From Ramazzottius varieornatus (Eukaryota; Animalia; Tardigrada): a DNA stretch of 64,000 nt. The position numbers and the translations under genes are program-made. Where the stretch lies: positions 376,679 to 440,678 of the forward strand of contig BDGG01000003.1 of assembly GCA_001949185.1 (NCBI GenBank), written 5' to 3'. Position 1 is the stretch's first letter. Each line of letters opens with the position of its first letter. A model generated the notes under the pieces. It made no database searches, was not told the origin of the DNA, and saw only the letters and a program-made list of their open reading frames with translations. This document shows, piece after piece, positions 26,609 through 39,819 of this stretch.

Positions 26609-27133
26609 GGGAGTATTCGTCCTGCAGTTACGATCCCGATTACGATACAATTGCAATAGAAATCGTATCGTTTGCGCATGGTAACGAGCTGTGTGTATTT
26701 GGCAATCGCGAAACGAATTACAAACGATAGGAGTCGCTCCGATACCGCCGCTGAAAGCAATGGTTTACGCCGGGTTACCTCACGTCCTGTAGCGCCTTGA
26801 TTTTAGCTGCGGAACGGCAAAAATGGCTAGTTTCCATCTTTTTCCACCCCCTCCCACTAAATTTAGGTTTGGATTGCTGACGTGCAGTCTACTCGTTCCC
26901 GGAAAAGATCGAATGGAAGATGAATGTTTTCCCCACATTTTGGTACCAAGCTTGATCATGTGGGTGCTCTGGAAGAGGAACGATGAGCAACCAAAGTTCA
27001 CGACGATACTTGGGCAAAGTATCGTCATACGATAACAATACGATTACAATAGAGGCACTCTCCTCCCATTTTTGATGACGTGGAGGAGCCATCGTCATTG
27101 TATTGTAATCGTCAGCGCCGGACGAATACTCAC
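26609..27133. mobile_element. MITE, TA-flanked
   Basis: TIR G(G/T)GAGTATTCGTCC(T/G)GC..T(T/G)ACGAT; internal TACGAT repeats and small hairpins. Confidence 0.65.
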
Positions 27134-27762
27134 TATTATGATACCTCATAGTAAAAATTATGGCAAAAGCCTTTTTGCTACGGCGGTACGGAAGAACGTA
27201 CGTACCATAATTTTTACTGTCCCATAAATTCCCATCGTGCGTGCACCCGTAACGCAAAAAGCACTTCCGCGCTGTATGTCAAGAGACAAACGCCGTTTGA
27301 AACCCTGAAAAGATGTACTGTCGAAAAAACTCAACGAGCTTCTTCCCGATCGCAATGATCAGCTCCGTCGCAGCTGGTTCCCGTGACCCCAAAGGAACGA
27401 AGAGGTACCTTGGTACTTTCAAAACTCAGCGCATAGGTTAACAACTGGTCGTGTTTGCTTTCAGGACGCGTGGAGCCGACAGAAGTTCTCAACCAAATAC
27501 AGATCAGAATGGTTACTAACCCTGTTGGATCACCGGCAAATTTAATGGTACTGGAAGACGTACGTACATATTTCAACTCAAATTTGAATAATATGCAAAG
27601 GACAAATGCAAAGTTTGGGTAAATGCAGCTCGGAGACTGCCCGGTGATGAGGAAGTGAGAAGTGAGCCACCAACCAATCAAGTGTGTGTGAAAGGAACGA
27701 GTTTTCCATTTTGAGACCTGCCTATATCGAGAAACCAAAACCCATGTTAGTTTTCTTGATGT

Positions 27763-30040
27763 TCATTCAAGATTGGACATCGCTCTGATAGTGTTCTTCA
27801 CGCCCTCCATCCGGGCCAACATATCACCATTCGCAGCTCCTTGTCGTTGTAGCTCCAACTCCAGCTCGTACTGGCGGTGCTTGGCTTTCACCAAACGCTC
27901 TTTCATATCCCTCACCCTCAGCTCATGATTGTTCTGAAGGTTGTTAAACTACAACACAAGCTATTTGTTACAACATCGGTCAGGCTTCATTCTTTTCAGT
28001 TTTCCCCTTACTTCGGCCTGCCAGTGTGCCACCTGTTGTCGTAATAGCTTGTTCACCTGATGCATATCCACCAAGCCCTGCTTCTGCGACTCTTCCATCG
28101 CGGTTTCCCGAGCTAACCTATCGGCTTCTGCAATACGATTCTTTTCCTTCAGAGTGAATATCTGCAAAAATATAAATAATAAATCCAGCTCGAGATTTCC
28201 AGTGAAACGAAAGACCGAAATATACCTCGGCTTGAATGTCTCGGTTGAGTGCCTGAATAGACTTCTCTTTCACGACCAACTGTCCTTCCAATCTGTGTAT
28301 TTCTTCCGCCATGTCCACGTGTTCTTTATTCAATTTTTCACACTGATTCACCGTTTCTTTCAACCGTTCGTTCTGAGCTTTCATGTTCTTCTCGAACTTC
28401 TGCTCTTGCGTACCCATCTGATCAATCTTCTGCCTCAGCGAAATCTGCGTACTCTGGACCAACAACGTTAACCTATCTCTATCCTGTTCTGCCGCTAACA
28501 GCCTTCTCATCAGATCTTCCGGTGTGGACATGTCCGTATGCAGTGTCAACGTCTCTCGTTCATTTCGTTCGATGTGATTCTGCAAAGCTTTGATCTCCCG
28601 TTGCCATCGACTGATTTCGATGTCCTTGTCGGTTAGTTTAGCTTCGAGCTGGCGGATGTCTTCTCGTTGTTGAGCCAAGGCTTCTTCAGAGGTTTGCTTC
28701 AAGTGTTGAAGTTCTTTCTTCGAACGCTCGGTGAGTTCCGTGTAGGTCTTGGTGTCTTGGTGGCGAAGCTCGGTGATCTCCGTGGCGTACTCGCGTAGAC
28801 GACTGGCGAGTTGATCGCGAGAGCGGACCGCTTTCTCGCCAAAGTCGACGGCTTCTTCGAGCTTATTCATGCTTTCTTTGTTCCTCCTCTCCAGTTCCTC
28901 ACTACAAGAAGAAAGTCTTTAATACCCTGCGAAAATCCAAAACCCCAATCTTTACCATTTTTGAGCCAGCAACAGATTTCGTTCCACGGAAACCTGCTCG
29001 TCTTTCATTCGCGCATTTTTTTCTTGCTTCAGTGTTGTGATGGTCGTCTGAGCGGTCGCGACCGCTTGTTGCAACCCAAAAGCTCTAAACGAAATAAACC
29101 ACATGTTGGAATCCATGGCATCGAAATCCAACCGAAAGAAAATGAACCCATCAACTAGAACCAGAAAATATAGTCTTACTCGTCTGTAAGCCTTTTGATG
29201 GTGTCCCTTGCTGAATCCAACCCGTTTTCTTGCATCTTCAACGTAGTCTTGGCCAGCTCCAGTTCTTTCTGACTAGCCACCAACTGCAGCCTCATGTTAT
29301 CCTTGGCGTTCTTCTCGGTCTTATAGTAGTGTCTCAAGTCCGCAATGTCGGTATTCAGCGCGGTTATATTCGTCTTACTCTTTCTGTAAATTTCCATGGC
29401 TTTCTGCTGGATGAGTTCCACTTCCGGGTGTTGCTCTTCCTGCTTCAGTCGGTTCTCCAGATGAAAGATGCGCGAGATCGCGTCTCGAAGGAGTTCTTGA
29501 TAGCTGTCACGTTCCTGAAGGATGTCTTCGAGGCGTGTTCGCAGACGCGTCTCGGGTGGTGTGTCAGCGAAGAGGGCACCAGCGCTGCTGGCTGCACCGA
29601 GATTGATGGGTGCGTTGCGTAATGTGGAATTTTTATGGTCGATGAGGGGAATGTCCGACGCTGATTGCTGTTGCTCCAATCGATCCAACATTCTAGTGCT
29701 GCGATTCACCTGCAAAGATAATCCGCTGATTAATCTGGCATTTTAATTTTCCCCGAACTCTGAACTTGAGATTGGGTTGATTCTAGCCGTATGTCCTCGT
29801 ATGAAAAATCGCTGTAATTTGGTATGGAATCTTCAGGATAATCGCATCAAACGTTTGATCGCATGAAACTGGGCTAGTTGAGCAGTCTTCGCATGAAAAA
29901 AAAGAGCTTACATCAGGATGGCTGTCTCCTTCCCCGAGGAGAGTGTCATCGCCGTCATCCTTTTTCTCCTTGGCCGAAGCAGGACGTTGAGAGGTGCAAG
30001 CCAGCCTTTCGCTCCTCGAAAACTCGACACTTTTTGACAT
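27763..30040 (-). CDS. Long coiled-coil protein, multi-exon, family unassigned
   Basis: Exon 1 30040-29912 (MSKSVEF...SHPD|GTAAGC) splices in phase 0 to 29709 (VNRSTR...). Further E/K/Q/L/R heptad-rich exons ~29709-29180, ~28900-28226, ~28160-28010 and last exon 27948-27763 (...RAMSNLE*). Confidence 0.75.
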
Positions 30041-31299
30041 TTCCACGGAATGTCCCAAAAAAATTCGGACGACTCGGCTGGCTCTATGGACAAAGCGATA
30101 TAGTGCAGACCATGAGAAAAGAGCGCCGCTGGGAGGAGAATAAAGTGAATCGAGCTGTGATGCTCTTTTGGCGGTTATATCCAGCCGTCTGATTGCGGCT
30201 GACACTTGAGCAGTTACTCCTATTCAATCCCACTCGAAATGCATGCAATGCAGCCGGTTGATCAACATGGCATGTTAGCCTTGTACCGAGACTTTCAAAA
30301 CAGAAGCCAGCACTAAGGAAAACCAACAAAAGATCCAACGCTCGGGTGACACTTGATTACAATCCGGGAGGCGATTACATGGGCCTTGAAGAACCCTGGG
30401 AAACGATCAAAAGCGGAAGCGCTCAGCCTTGATATACGCATCTATAAAAAGCACACTGCAAATAAAAGGCCTGTCAGACTCGGGACAAGCTTCTCCTTGT
30501 TGTGCCGTGTCGGGATCAAGCTAGTGGTTGCTCCAGGCTGACTGTTAACCACACTAAGAAGGCGTTCACTGCGTGATACGGTTTGCATATCGATCGATCG
30601 ATCGAACAGCATCACTCAATGTAAGTTCCTTGATTTCAGAATGCGGCTATTGGAAAACTTGGTTGATGCGATCTGGCTGTTAATCTTCAAGCTTTCGTTC
30701 CATTGCGCTAGGGGCTAGCATTAACTACTCGTCTTCAAACTCACAAGCCAGAAGGAAGCCCCAAAGTTCCAGGGTCGCGAAGCCCGCGCGTTATCGATAT
30801 CGGCTCTAGAGCTACCTCGTCGTCAAGGGCGACTTCCGGAGGCAGTAACCTTCTCGTGAGATTATTGCCAGGCAACATGAGCACCTTGTGAAGTCTGACG
30901 AAGTTCTTTTCCATCAGCTCCAAGCTGAGGTTTAAGTTCTTGGCAGTGCGGCCGGAGCCAGCCTCGTAAGCTTTGCAGCATACCTAGGCTGGTTCGAAAC
31001 TTTGGCCGGAGACACAACTAGACCCTCTGTTCATCACACTGAAACATCTACATAGACATTGAGGCTGACGCTGCACAGTGCAGGCATCTTTCAGAACAGA
31101 GCAGGGCATCTTCAAGGTGGGGAACCGTCTGGTTGAAAAGGTCCTTCGAATTTTAGAATCGAACACAGCAAAAAAAATTGGGCATATCACAAAACCGCAG
31201 ATGTGCAGGTTCAGAAAACCCTCACCGACACACGGCACTCTTATCGAGGTAAAAGTAAAATATTAAGAAGTGAACGAAACGTACATGGACAGTATTTTG

Positions 31300-32154
31300 T
31301 CACCGGATGGTATGGTCACGCTCAGGAGGTTTTCTGGGATCGTCTTGTGGTGCTCGTCCAACATACGATAAATCATCCACGTCCGAGTACGTAGGAAAAG
31401 GCACTATAAAAAACAACAAATCCGTGTGAGCTTTAACACATGCAAGAAATAAAATCCCGGCTCCATAAATTCTGCGTACCTCTGTCCTCCCGGCCGCCAC
31501 CAGCCTCCAGTTTCCTGAAATCTTCGGGAGCGCCTTCGATAGCTGCAAGTCTTTCAGCCGCTAACCTGGCTGCATTTAGCTGCTTTTGTCGCATCAGCTG
31601 CAGGTTTCCTTCGATTTCCTGCAAAGATAATGCTACATGGACGAACTACACTCAAAAGAAAATTCTTAAATTTGGGTGGACATTGGGGGATGACTCGCAC
31701 AGCCTGCCAATTTTCCATTTTCATTAGATTCTATCATTTTTCTCGCGCTTCACTTTCTTACCTCATGCGACGGTGGATCGTCCCGTTTCTTCCGCAGCCA
31801 TGCTACAAAAAAACCCGTTTGAACGTACTTAACAGCGCGACAGCAGACAGAGCTGTCTTACCTTCCCATTCCGGAGGAACATCTTCCCAGCGTTCTTTGT
31901 TGAAAGCTTCAAAGGTCCGATTTATCCTCGCTGGCTCATCACCGAGCGCTGCAAAGCAGAGTCACAGTGGTCATCACAGCGCTTCTTCGTGGACTACGGT
32001 ATTCAGATTACATACTGACAACGACCTCGAAGTAGCGATTGCCCAAGTAGTCGTCTCCCACAAACTGCTTCTTGCTCTTCGTCCACTTCAGCGAATTCTT
32101 CAGATGTCCCCACGCGAAACCCCAGCCTCCTGGACGCATGCGACCTGCCGCCAT
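31300..32154 (-). CDS. NDUFAF2: Complex I assembly factor NDUFAF2 (NDUFA12 family)
   Basis: FVGDDYLGNRYFE, VPPEWEAWLRKKRDDPPSHEEI and C-terminal PFPTYSD motifs over 5 exons. Confidence 0.85.
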
Positions 32155-32589
32155 GGTCCTGGGCGCACAGGTGTAATCAGCCGCTTTCGACCACAGCACT
32201 AGACAGGAAATACACTCCGAAGGAAAACTGAATGATCAGCTGTAGTGTCTACGTTCAATCAAGTGCAACAATCAACCGTACACAACCAACCGGAAATACG
32301 TCACGCACAAGTCTGGTCACTTCGGTGACTGTGTAGTCTTGTGGCTGAAGACAGCAGGGCGGCCTGAAAAGCTTGTCTCAATCAAATTTGGTACATCAGC
32401 CAGCCGTTCTGCATTTTCTAGGGCGACACTTTCCAGCTTCCCTTCTGTTTACTGCTTTTCCTCCTGTGTTTCTCTCTCACGAAGCCACTCGACACTCTGA
32501 CTAAAGAAAGAAGCTAGCTGTTTGTACTGGGGAGAACCGGACGATCAATTACTTGACCATATTCGCTGCTGGCTGCGTCCGGAGTATTG
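32155..32589. promoter_or_regulatory. Probable bidirectional promoter, NDUFAF2/PDHX
   Basis: 435 bp between divergent start codons of two mitochondrial-protein genes; contains CCGGAAAT (ETS-like) next to ACGTCA at ~32290-32303. Confidence 0.45.
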
Positions 32590-34187
32590 ATGTCCGTCAC
32601 TGCGCTGCGACTCTCGGAGCCTCTCTTCACTCGCGGTACGACCCTCTTTTTGGATATTACTTTCATTTTAAATATAAAGTAGCGTTTTTCCCTTTAGGCA
32701 CAGTCGGAACATCTTGTGTAGTTCGTCAGTATGCATCTACGGCCGCGAGGAAAGAAAATCCATCCAGAACAGAGTGAGTTTGTCCGTTGATTATTGATTG
32801 AATATCTTTGTTATCCACTTCCGGTAGGATACTTGGACCCGCTGTGCGGAACCTCGTCGAGCAGTACAAGATTGAACCTCAAAATATCAAAGCCAGTGGC
32901 CCCAAGGGGTTCATATTGAAAAGGTAAGTCTTTCTGTCCACGGTTTCCGTCATGAGGAATTTATCCATTTTGCCTTCTCTTTTCTAGTGATGTGCTGCGG
33001 TTGATCAAAGAGCTGAATCTGAAGCCAGTCGAGTTCTCCGTTCCCCTCCCCGATACTGTTTTTTCTTCTACAACTGCTTCCAAGAAGTCTTTGGTACCTT
33101 CAGGGAAGCCTGGTCCAAAGAACTCAAAAGGGCAAATCACCTACACGGACATCTCGGTCTCCTCACAGAATCTGGAGAACGCTTCTCGATACATCAGAGG
33201 AAAAGTAAGCCTTATCATATCTTTTTTCTTTCTCCAGCGGCGAATGTTTCACTAGATCTTGCTTTCCAGACTACGATACCTCATGCATATTTCTACACAA
33301 ACTGCACCGTGGACGACGCGTTGAAGCTCTTTTCTCAGAAGAAAGGAATGGAGAACGTGAGTCTAACCGACGTCATCGTGCGCGCCGTTGCAGCTTCTGC
33401 TCAGAAAACACCTTCCATAAGGCGAAGCGCTGAAGGCTCAAGAAACGACCACTTTGACTTAGCAGTCCAGACCTTCGAAGATGGCAAACTTCGCCAACGA
33501 GTTCTTCGGAAAGCCAGCACAATAGGTATACGAGAAATTTCGAAGCAAGGTCGACAAGGAAAAGTCGCTGAAGCTGATGGGCCCGACCAAGTTCCTTACC
33601 GGTAAGTTTTCATTTTTTTTCTTTCTGTTTCTTTCAGTTCCAGTTTTGCTGTACAAAACGGATGATTTATCCTTTCGCGTTTTGCCGCCTATGATTCGGG
33701 AGCTCGGAAAACAAACTCGACAAGATTGCTCTCCCAGGTGGTGCACGTATCTACTGTTATTAGCCGGAAGTTTACGCCACTCGTTTTCATTGTAATCGGC
33801 GAATAGTTGCGCCAACTGGAAACGATCTTGTCGGATTTGCCTGCCGATCTCTCATTTTATTCGTTTCTCTTCAGAGTGGTCAGTTTGATCGGCACGAAGC
33901 TTGAGCAGATAACCGAGATACTGACTCCCTCGCAGTTATGGGTGGTATCAATCGGCGATGCAATGCAGAGAGTGGACGTGAAGACCAAAGAGGTCTCGCG
34001 GATTGTAACGCTCGCGCTGTCCTACAATGCAGGAGTCATCACGGAGGAAGACGCTGCAGCGTTTATGCGCGAAGTCAAGAAACTTGTGGAAAACCCTGTT
34101 TTTGTTCTGCTGGGTGGATCTGTTCGGAGTGTCGGGAAAGAAGCGTTTGATTTCGATGAAGTGATTGACCGTTTATCCGCAAATTAA
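32590..34187 (+). CDS. PDHX: Pyruvate dehydrogenase E3-binding protein (PDHX-like) without a lipoyl domain
   Basis: Presequence, then directly the peripheral-subunit-binding motif ILGPAVRNLVEQYKIEPQNIKASGPKGFILKSDVL, then YTDI, TIPHAY, VSLTDVIVRAVA and a C-terminal core with LSYNAGVITEEDAAAFM replacing DHRxxDG. Confidence 0.75.
33700..33851. repeat. Intronic hairpin of the CGACAAGATCGT...CCAxTGGCGCA repeat family
   Basis: Imperfect ~50-bp inverted repeat; the same motif occurs at 41339-41512 and ~52548. Confidence 0.6.
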
Positions 34188-34464
34188 ATTTCAGAGTTTA
34201 CTTTTGCGCTTGCAGAAAATACTTATTTCCTGCGTGTTTATTTGTGCAAGCCGGTTCCTTGAATCGGAAGTCGAGAAGAGTAACTTGGCTCATTTTCCCG
34301 GGCTGCCGAAAAAAAGCGAAGAATTTGTAGAATCATTACAGTTTTCCAACATCAACGAACAGACCGGGAGTCCCGAAATTGGACAAAAATTCCATGAAAG
34401 TGCATCGGTCTACCGCTTTCTATCACACGGGTACGCGCGTCGACTTCATCGCGTTCGTTTGGTC

Positions 34465-37400
34465 TTACGGATCAATAACCCCGGTGTCTTTGACGCTGGA
34501 CTTCTTCGTCGGAGCACGAAGGCATAATAGCTTAAAGTAGAATATAGTCCTGAATGATTTCGTCCGTATATCTCATGTCGGCCGTTCGACGACGAAGTGG
34601 CCCAAGAAAACTGGAGATAAATTAAATTTTACCTTTCGTTCTTTGTCGAACAGAGCCGACATCTCAGGAGAAGTGCTTTCGATCTGCACGGGGAACATCA
34701 CATCTAGCTTGTAGTTCTCTGGCTTCAGTAAAGAGGAAGTCAAGACTAATCGGTCGTCCGACAGGAACAAGTCAAGACCCTTCCTGTCTGTCTACAAGAA
34801 AGAAAGCCAGATATATTCATTTTTCATTCGAAACGAACGTTAGAACGACACTACGACACTTACTAGATTCGGTAGCTTGATTTCCGCAGTGACCGTTTCT
34901 TTCCCGGAAATTTCACTTTCCAGCCATAACGAGTACTTTGGGGTTAGATAGGGTTCAGGAGCTTCTTTCTTCAACGCTTTGACCGGTGTTGGAGTATTTT
35001 CCCTGTTACATTAAAACAAAATAAGATAAAAAATATAAATCGGATTGGAATTCCAATATGTCGCTGGCTGACAACTGTGGTTATTCCCAACTTACTCTTC
35101 ACCGAGATCGGTGATTAGTTTTGGTTTCGTCCTGATGCGCTGCTCCTTCAGGGTTCCGAAAGCCTTCTTGCCTTTCAGGACGATCGTACTGTTCCGGTCA
35201 ATGGAGATACCGTGCTTGTTCTCTATCCCTTCCAGAGCCAGGGACACAAGGAACTGGTAGAAGAGCTCGCTCTTTTCGAACTTCTTGAACACTGCGGTAT
35301 TTATGACAACTTCGTACGCCACACAAGGATTTCCACCTGTGGAGTGAACCAGAGATACTTTGGGCTTTAGAATGGAATGAATAACTTTCTTACTGTGATC
35401 CACTTCGTCGTGGGGCTCTCCAATGCTCATCGGTACTCTGAAAGATACGTCCGACTTCTGTAAAGCTTCTACGAGTTCTTCTTCAGTTACATCCTTCGGG
35501 AGCGACGGAACCTGAAACCATTTGAAAAAATCATTTGAAACTGGGTGATTTGCTCCTATGGGCCCAAGAACACATCTAACAACATCAAGTTGCTGGTTTT
35601 GATGAGGGGCATTCGATAACCAACGAGCACCTCTGCGCACCTACAAGTAACGATTGACCAGTGGTCACCCTTTGGCTGACCACCTGCCTCTGTACAATGA
35701 AAGAGTTTCCCCTTATGCAAGGGTAAGCACGCGGCTGGCCTAACTGATGCCACGGAAAAACCAGCTGGCAGCCAGTCGAAAGCGGCAACGTACATCAAAT
35801 TAAGGTGGCCATTACCGCTATATGCGGCTGGAGTACTGATCGCAGTCATTGCACATGTCGCTGCGCAGACCTCCGACTTTCATGTGCGGCACCAACTGCT
35901 TCCACACCTTAAGAAAGCTGTTCTTGCTGACACCCTTTTCCGGGCCGTCTTTCAGAAATATCTGAAGGTACTGACCGTACAAGACTGTAGGAGAAAGATC
36001 CGAAGGTAGATAGATCGATGGTGGTTTGGATGCTGCCCGTGCTGGCGTTGGCATCGGAAATCCGAATAAGCTGGCTTTCTGAAGGAGGAAGCTCGCGGTC
36101 AGCAGGGATCGTGGCTTTGTCAGCGCCCGACCACGATTGCCTGATGTTATCTATTCCATATTATTCCGATATTATCTGTTCAATATTTTCCCATACGGCC
36201 TCGTCCGGCGAGTTCTAGCTGATTATTCCATTTCCATCCTCCACGTCCACCTGATCGACGACCTTCCATTGCGCGTCGTCGTGCCTGGTAATTAGGAAGG
36301 TGTTCTGCTGAAAATCCATGTCTGCGAAACCAGGTACACACAGCGGAACTTTTGCCGGCCGCGCAACCACTCTTGTGAAAGTTTCCCATTCTTCATTCGC
36401 ACAAACGACAAAAAGAATAGGGTTTTTTTGCACCATGATTTGGTCACACGAAATAAATCACAGGCTCCATAATTTCGCCTTAATTTCTCTCCATCACTAA
36501 AATTGTTTCGTCTGTACTGTAATCACACAAACGTTCGGACTGATTTGCTGTGAGCCGTCAATTAAGTATACAATGGAATAAGCGCTTACGATCTCGTAAT
36601 CAACTATGGTTTTCAGTTGTGGACACATTACTGCAGCTTCAGCCAACTCACAAGCACGCAACAACACAACAAAATTTGATCATGAGAAATGAAGCACTTT
36701 CTTCGTTGTACCATAATGCTGCTTTCTGTGCCTACCCGAAAGATCAGTATCCGTATCCGAATTATTTTCATCATGGTCATCTTCATCGTTTGATGTTTAA
36801 AGTTGTGATGACGAATCACCGCAGGTGGAAGTGTCAGGTCCGCTTCTCCCTCCCTAACTTTCGGGCTTTTTTTGCTACGGACGATGCTTGTGCGATCTCG
36901 GATTGTACATGTTGGCCGGATGCTGCTGTCCCAAGTGCCATGTGGCCATCCGACGTGCTCGAGCATTTTTGCCGAATATGGTCAAGCGGATAGGGAACGT
37001 GGGAATTGATAACACGAGTGCAACAACGTTTGCATACTGCAGGATAACTACTTCTGTCAATTTTGCCGGCTCCCTGTGGAAAAAAGCTCTAAATGGGATG
37101 CAACTAATCGTCCGCCATTGCTAAGCATGTAAGCAAGGTTACAACAGCGCGGAACATGAATCTCGAGCAAGAAATGTTCCCTACTGCGCCTTCGAGAGAA
37201 TGAGGGAGCCGCACGATGCGATCTCCAACGCATTAAATATTTCTTCCGGTTTTTTCTACGCGTATAAGCATAGTTTTACGGTGACGCACACCGAGTCATC
37301 ACCGACAAGAGCGTTACTACGACTTCCAGACGGAAAACGTTCGCAAACGCCGTGCAGTCACACAGAGAACCACTTGTCGAGCGTTTCTCGTCCTAACTAG

Positions 37401-39432
37401 CCATCTTTCCTCACAAGACATTCCCCTTTCCACTCTTTCTTTTACGGTATCTCCGCTTTCTAAATCCCGGAAGAAATCATGGACACGCCGGCACTGCTGC
37501 TTGGCTTCGTCATGGTCATGGTTCTGGCGGTTGGAGTACTCGGCAACTGGCTAGCCTTACTCCACGGAGTGGCTCCACATAATCTTGTCAGCTGTCACGC
37601 TCATGCTCAAGGGGATGGAGCATGTGAGTCTACTGAGTAAAACGATCACTTAACAGTCTAGTACGAAAATCTGTTTGTGATTTTTTCCTTCAGATATTTT
37701 TGGAAAAGAAATGCTTCTGAGGTCTCATGATTACTGTACGAGATTCTTTGTGTTCATGTGAGGTGCTATGTTGCAGGTGATTAGTCAGCGATACGGGAAC
37801 TTCATGACAGCGGACCAGGTCAGCGCGAGAATGGTGTAATACGCCCAGGAGTTCTACAACATGATGGAACACCGCTGCGATGTCAAGAAGCGATCATTGA
37901 TGGACGACCATTTCACGTACAAAATCGCTGCTGGAGCTCTCGTCGCAGCTTTGGTCTTTATGGTTTGTGCCTTTGCCGTCAGCTTCCGCGTTTTCCGTGC
38001 CAGAATCAACGCTCTCCAGGTCCACCAGCGCGATGTGATGCTGGCCATGCAGAACGTTCCCACCTTGTCACGCCCTGGACAGGTTGCACGCGGTTGATGG
38101 AGCAGAGTTAGCCGCCACAGGTAGAAATGCCAGCATCCCTTCGAGTTTTTCTTCCTTCGACTTTACGTTCTTATAAATATAAACATATTTTTGAATATTG
38201 TCTGAGACTGATGTTTTGTCTTTGTTTCAGGGTCCGCCACCGTATTCAGAGCCATTATCCGTTCATCATTAGCTTCACACTGACTGTGCTTTGTCCCATA
38301 CCGTTATTATAACATTGCAGTAATACCCGCTTATCGGGGTACCCGGAAACAATCTCGGGATGATCGTTGTTCACGCGGCGCACACTACCCGCCAACGGGG
38401 ATGAAAACTGCGCCACACAAGATACCGATTCTCCCGAAATCGTTTGCAGGCTCCCCCATCTTGGTCTCGGCCATCTATACTCTTCGTCTTGTACGCCCGT
38501 ATGAATCACTGTTGTCGACTTTGTGCTGTACACGTTTTCACCACGACGTGACGGTTTTCAACATAAAGGCAAAGAAAGGCCTCAGTTCGCTCACTCGCGA
38601 TAGTTCAAAGTTCAATCATAACCACTGTAGGACACTTATCTGCCGAAGTGATATCTCGCTTGATGTTCATCTGCCGCCTATGAGTTTTGCACCATAAGAC
38701 TCCGACGAGTGCTAAACAAGGCTGCATCAGCCGTTTCAACTCGCCCCTAAGTGCCCCAGATGAAAAAATCGATTCCTGAAAATTTTTGGCCATTGACCAA
38801 ATCACCCAGTCCGAAATGACTTTCTTCATTTGACCGTTCATTGGTGTGCTCGTACAGTCGTACCTGACTATACCCCAGCGTCGTACTCGTACTACCCTCC
38901 TCAACTGACGTACGACGTCGCTGCGAACGCGTTACTCAATGCCTATCTTGAAACAATATGACGGCATGCGCAATAATTCCCTGAATTTATTTCGCTGGAA
39001 ATATTTACCTTGTCCGACGTGCACAAGTTCACGAAGACTTTTCCACCGTCTTTCTTCTTCATCTTCACGCATAAACCTATGAGATGCATGACGCTTTCAA
39101 AAACCAGTAGTTGCATGAATAGCTTAAATAAGCAGAGAAAGATACCTGGCTCAGGGATGACTGTAACGAAGCCTGTCAGCTGTGAATCAAACTTTTCCAC
39201 TTCTTCCTTCGAAGGCTTTTCGGAAAGCAGACGCTGCGCCAGTTCCGCATAGTCCGCTTCATCTTTTGTTGCGGGTAGATGTCCAGCTAGAGGAATCTGG
39301 AACAGTAGTCGTAAAAAAGTGGTGGGAAGTTTAGCGTAAATGCCCATTTCGACTTACCCGCAACGACGCGAAGTTCGTGTTGTCAGCCGTCTTGTGCTGC
39401 TCCAGACCTAGTAAACTCTTGTCCACAGCCAT
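34465..39432 (-). CDS. PIH1D1: PIH1 domain-containing protein 1 (R2TP subunit)
   Basis: MAVDKSLL...; VIPEPG|LCVK..KVFVNLCTSDK|VPSLP..FRVPMSIGEPH..CVAYEVVIN..FLVSLALEGIENKH..GTLKEQRIR; C-terminal CS-like ALFDKERK|LLCLRAP. One intron (~35512-39008) is expanded by a Sola insertion. Confidence 0.85.
35524..38827. mobile_element. Intronic Sola element with a truncated transposase and a passenger gene
   Basis: Imperfect TIR GAA(A/G)AAA(G)TCATTT..ACTGGGTGATTTG; perfect 4-bp TSD ATTT (35520-23, 38828-31). The 35818-36054 ORF is homologous to 16797-17279 (SIYLPSD..SKN.F..VW..LV.H.K..GLR.D.C..CDQ). Confidence 0.82.
37479..38275 (+). pseudogene. Decayed intron-containing single-pass membrane protein gene inside the Sola element
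   Basis: Hydrophobic leader MDTPALLLGFVMVMVLAVGVLG; GTGAGT donor at 37624; exon with TM IAAGALVAALVFMVCAFAVSF followed by RVFRAR; downstream exon GPPPYSE; several in-frame stops. Confidence 0.5.
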
Positions 39433-39819
39433 TGCACAATGTCTTTCCGTCCTTCCGACAACGATGAACGTTTCAGATTGGAGGAAAGATCATGGAACCA
39501 CGAGAACAAAGTTTGTAAGAGAAAGAAATCAGAACAAATCAATATCGTTCGAAGTTCAATTAATCAATTTGATCGAGTCATGCGTTGTGGTAACTTTGTG
39601 CACTCGTGCGCGCTGTGCTTGTATTTAGGTGCACGTTTTGGCGCCATTCGGTGTGCGTGCATCGACGCGCAACCTGCACATCTCACTTTACACCAGTTGT
39701 AGAAGTTCGCAATGCGCAGTGCGCACGTTATATTCAATCTTCGTCAGTTGATTTCAGAAACAACAATTTTCTTTTCTTGTTGTGGACTTGTGGTTGAATT
39801 TTATCTTCCAGATGCCCGA

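Noticed and set aside
27763-30040. Naming the coiled-coil gene as a specific centrosomal protein
   Set aside because: Heptad composition is not diagnostic and proximity to PLK4 is not evidence.
30741-31238. Extra gene between the coiled-coil gene and NDUFAF2
   Set aside because: Coding-like but no homology or convincing start and splice structure; may be UTR.
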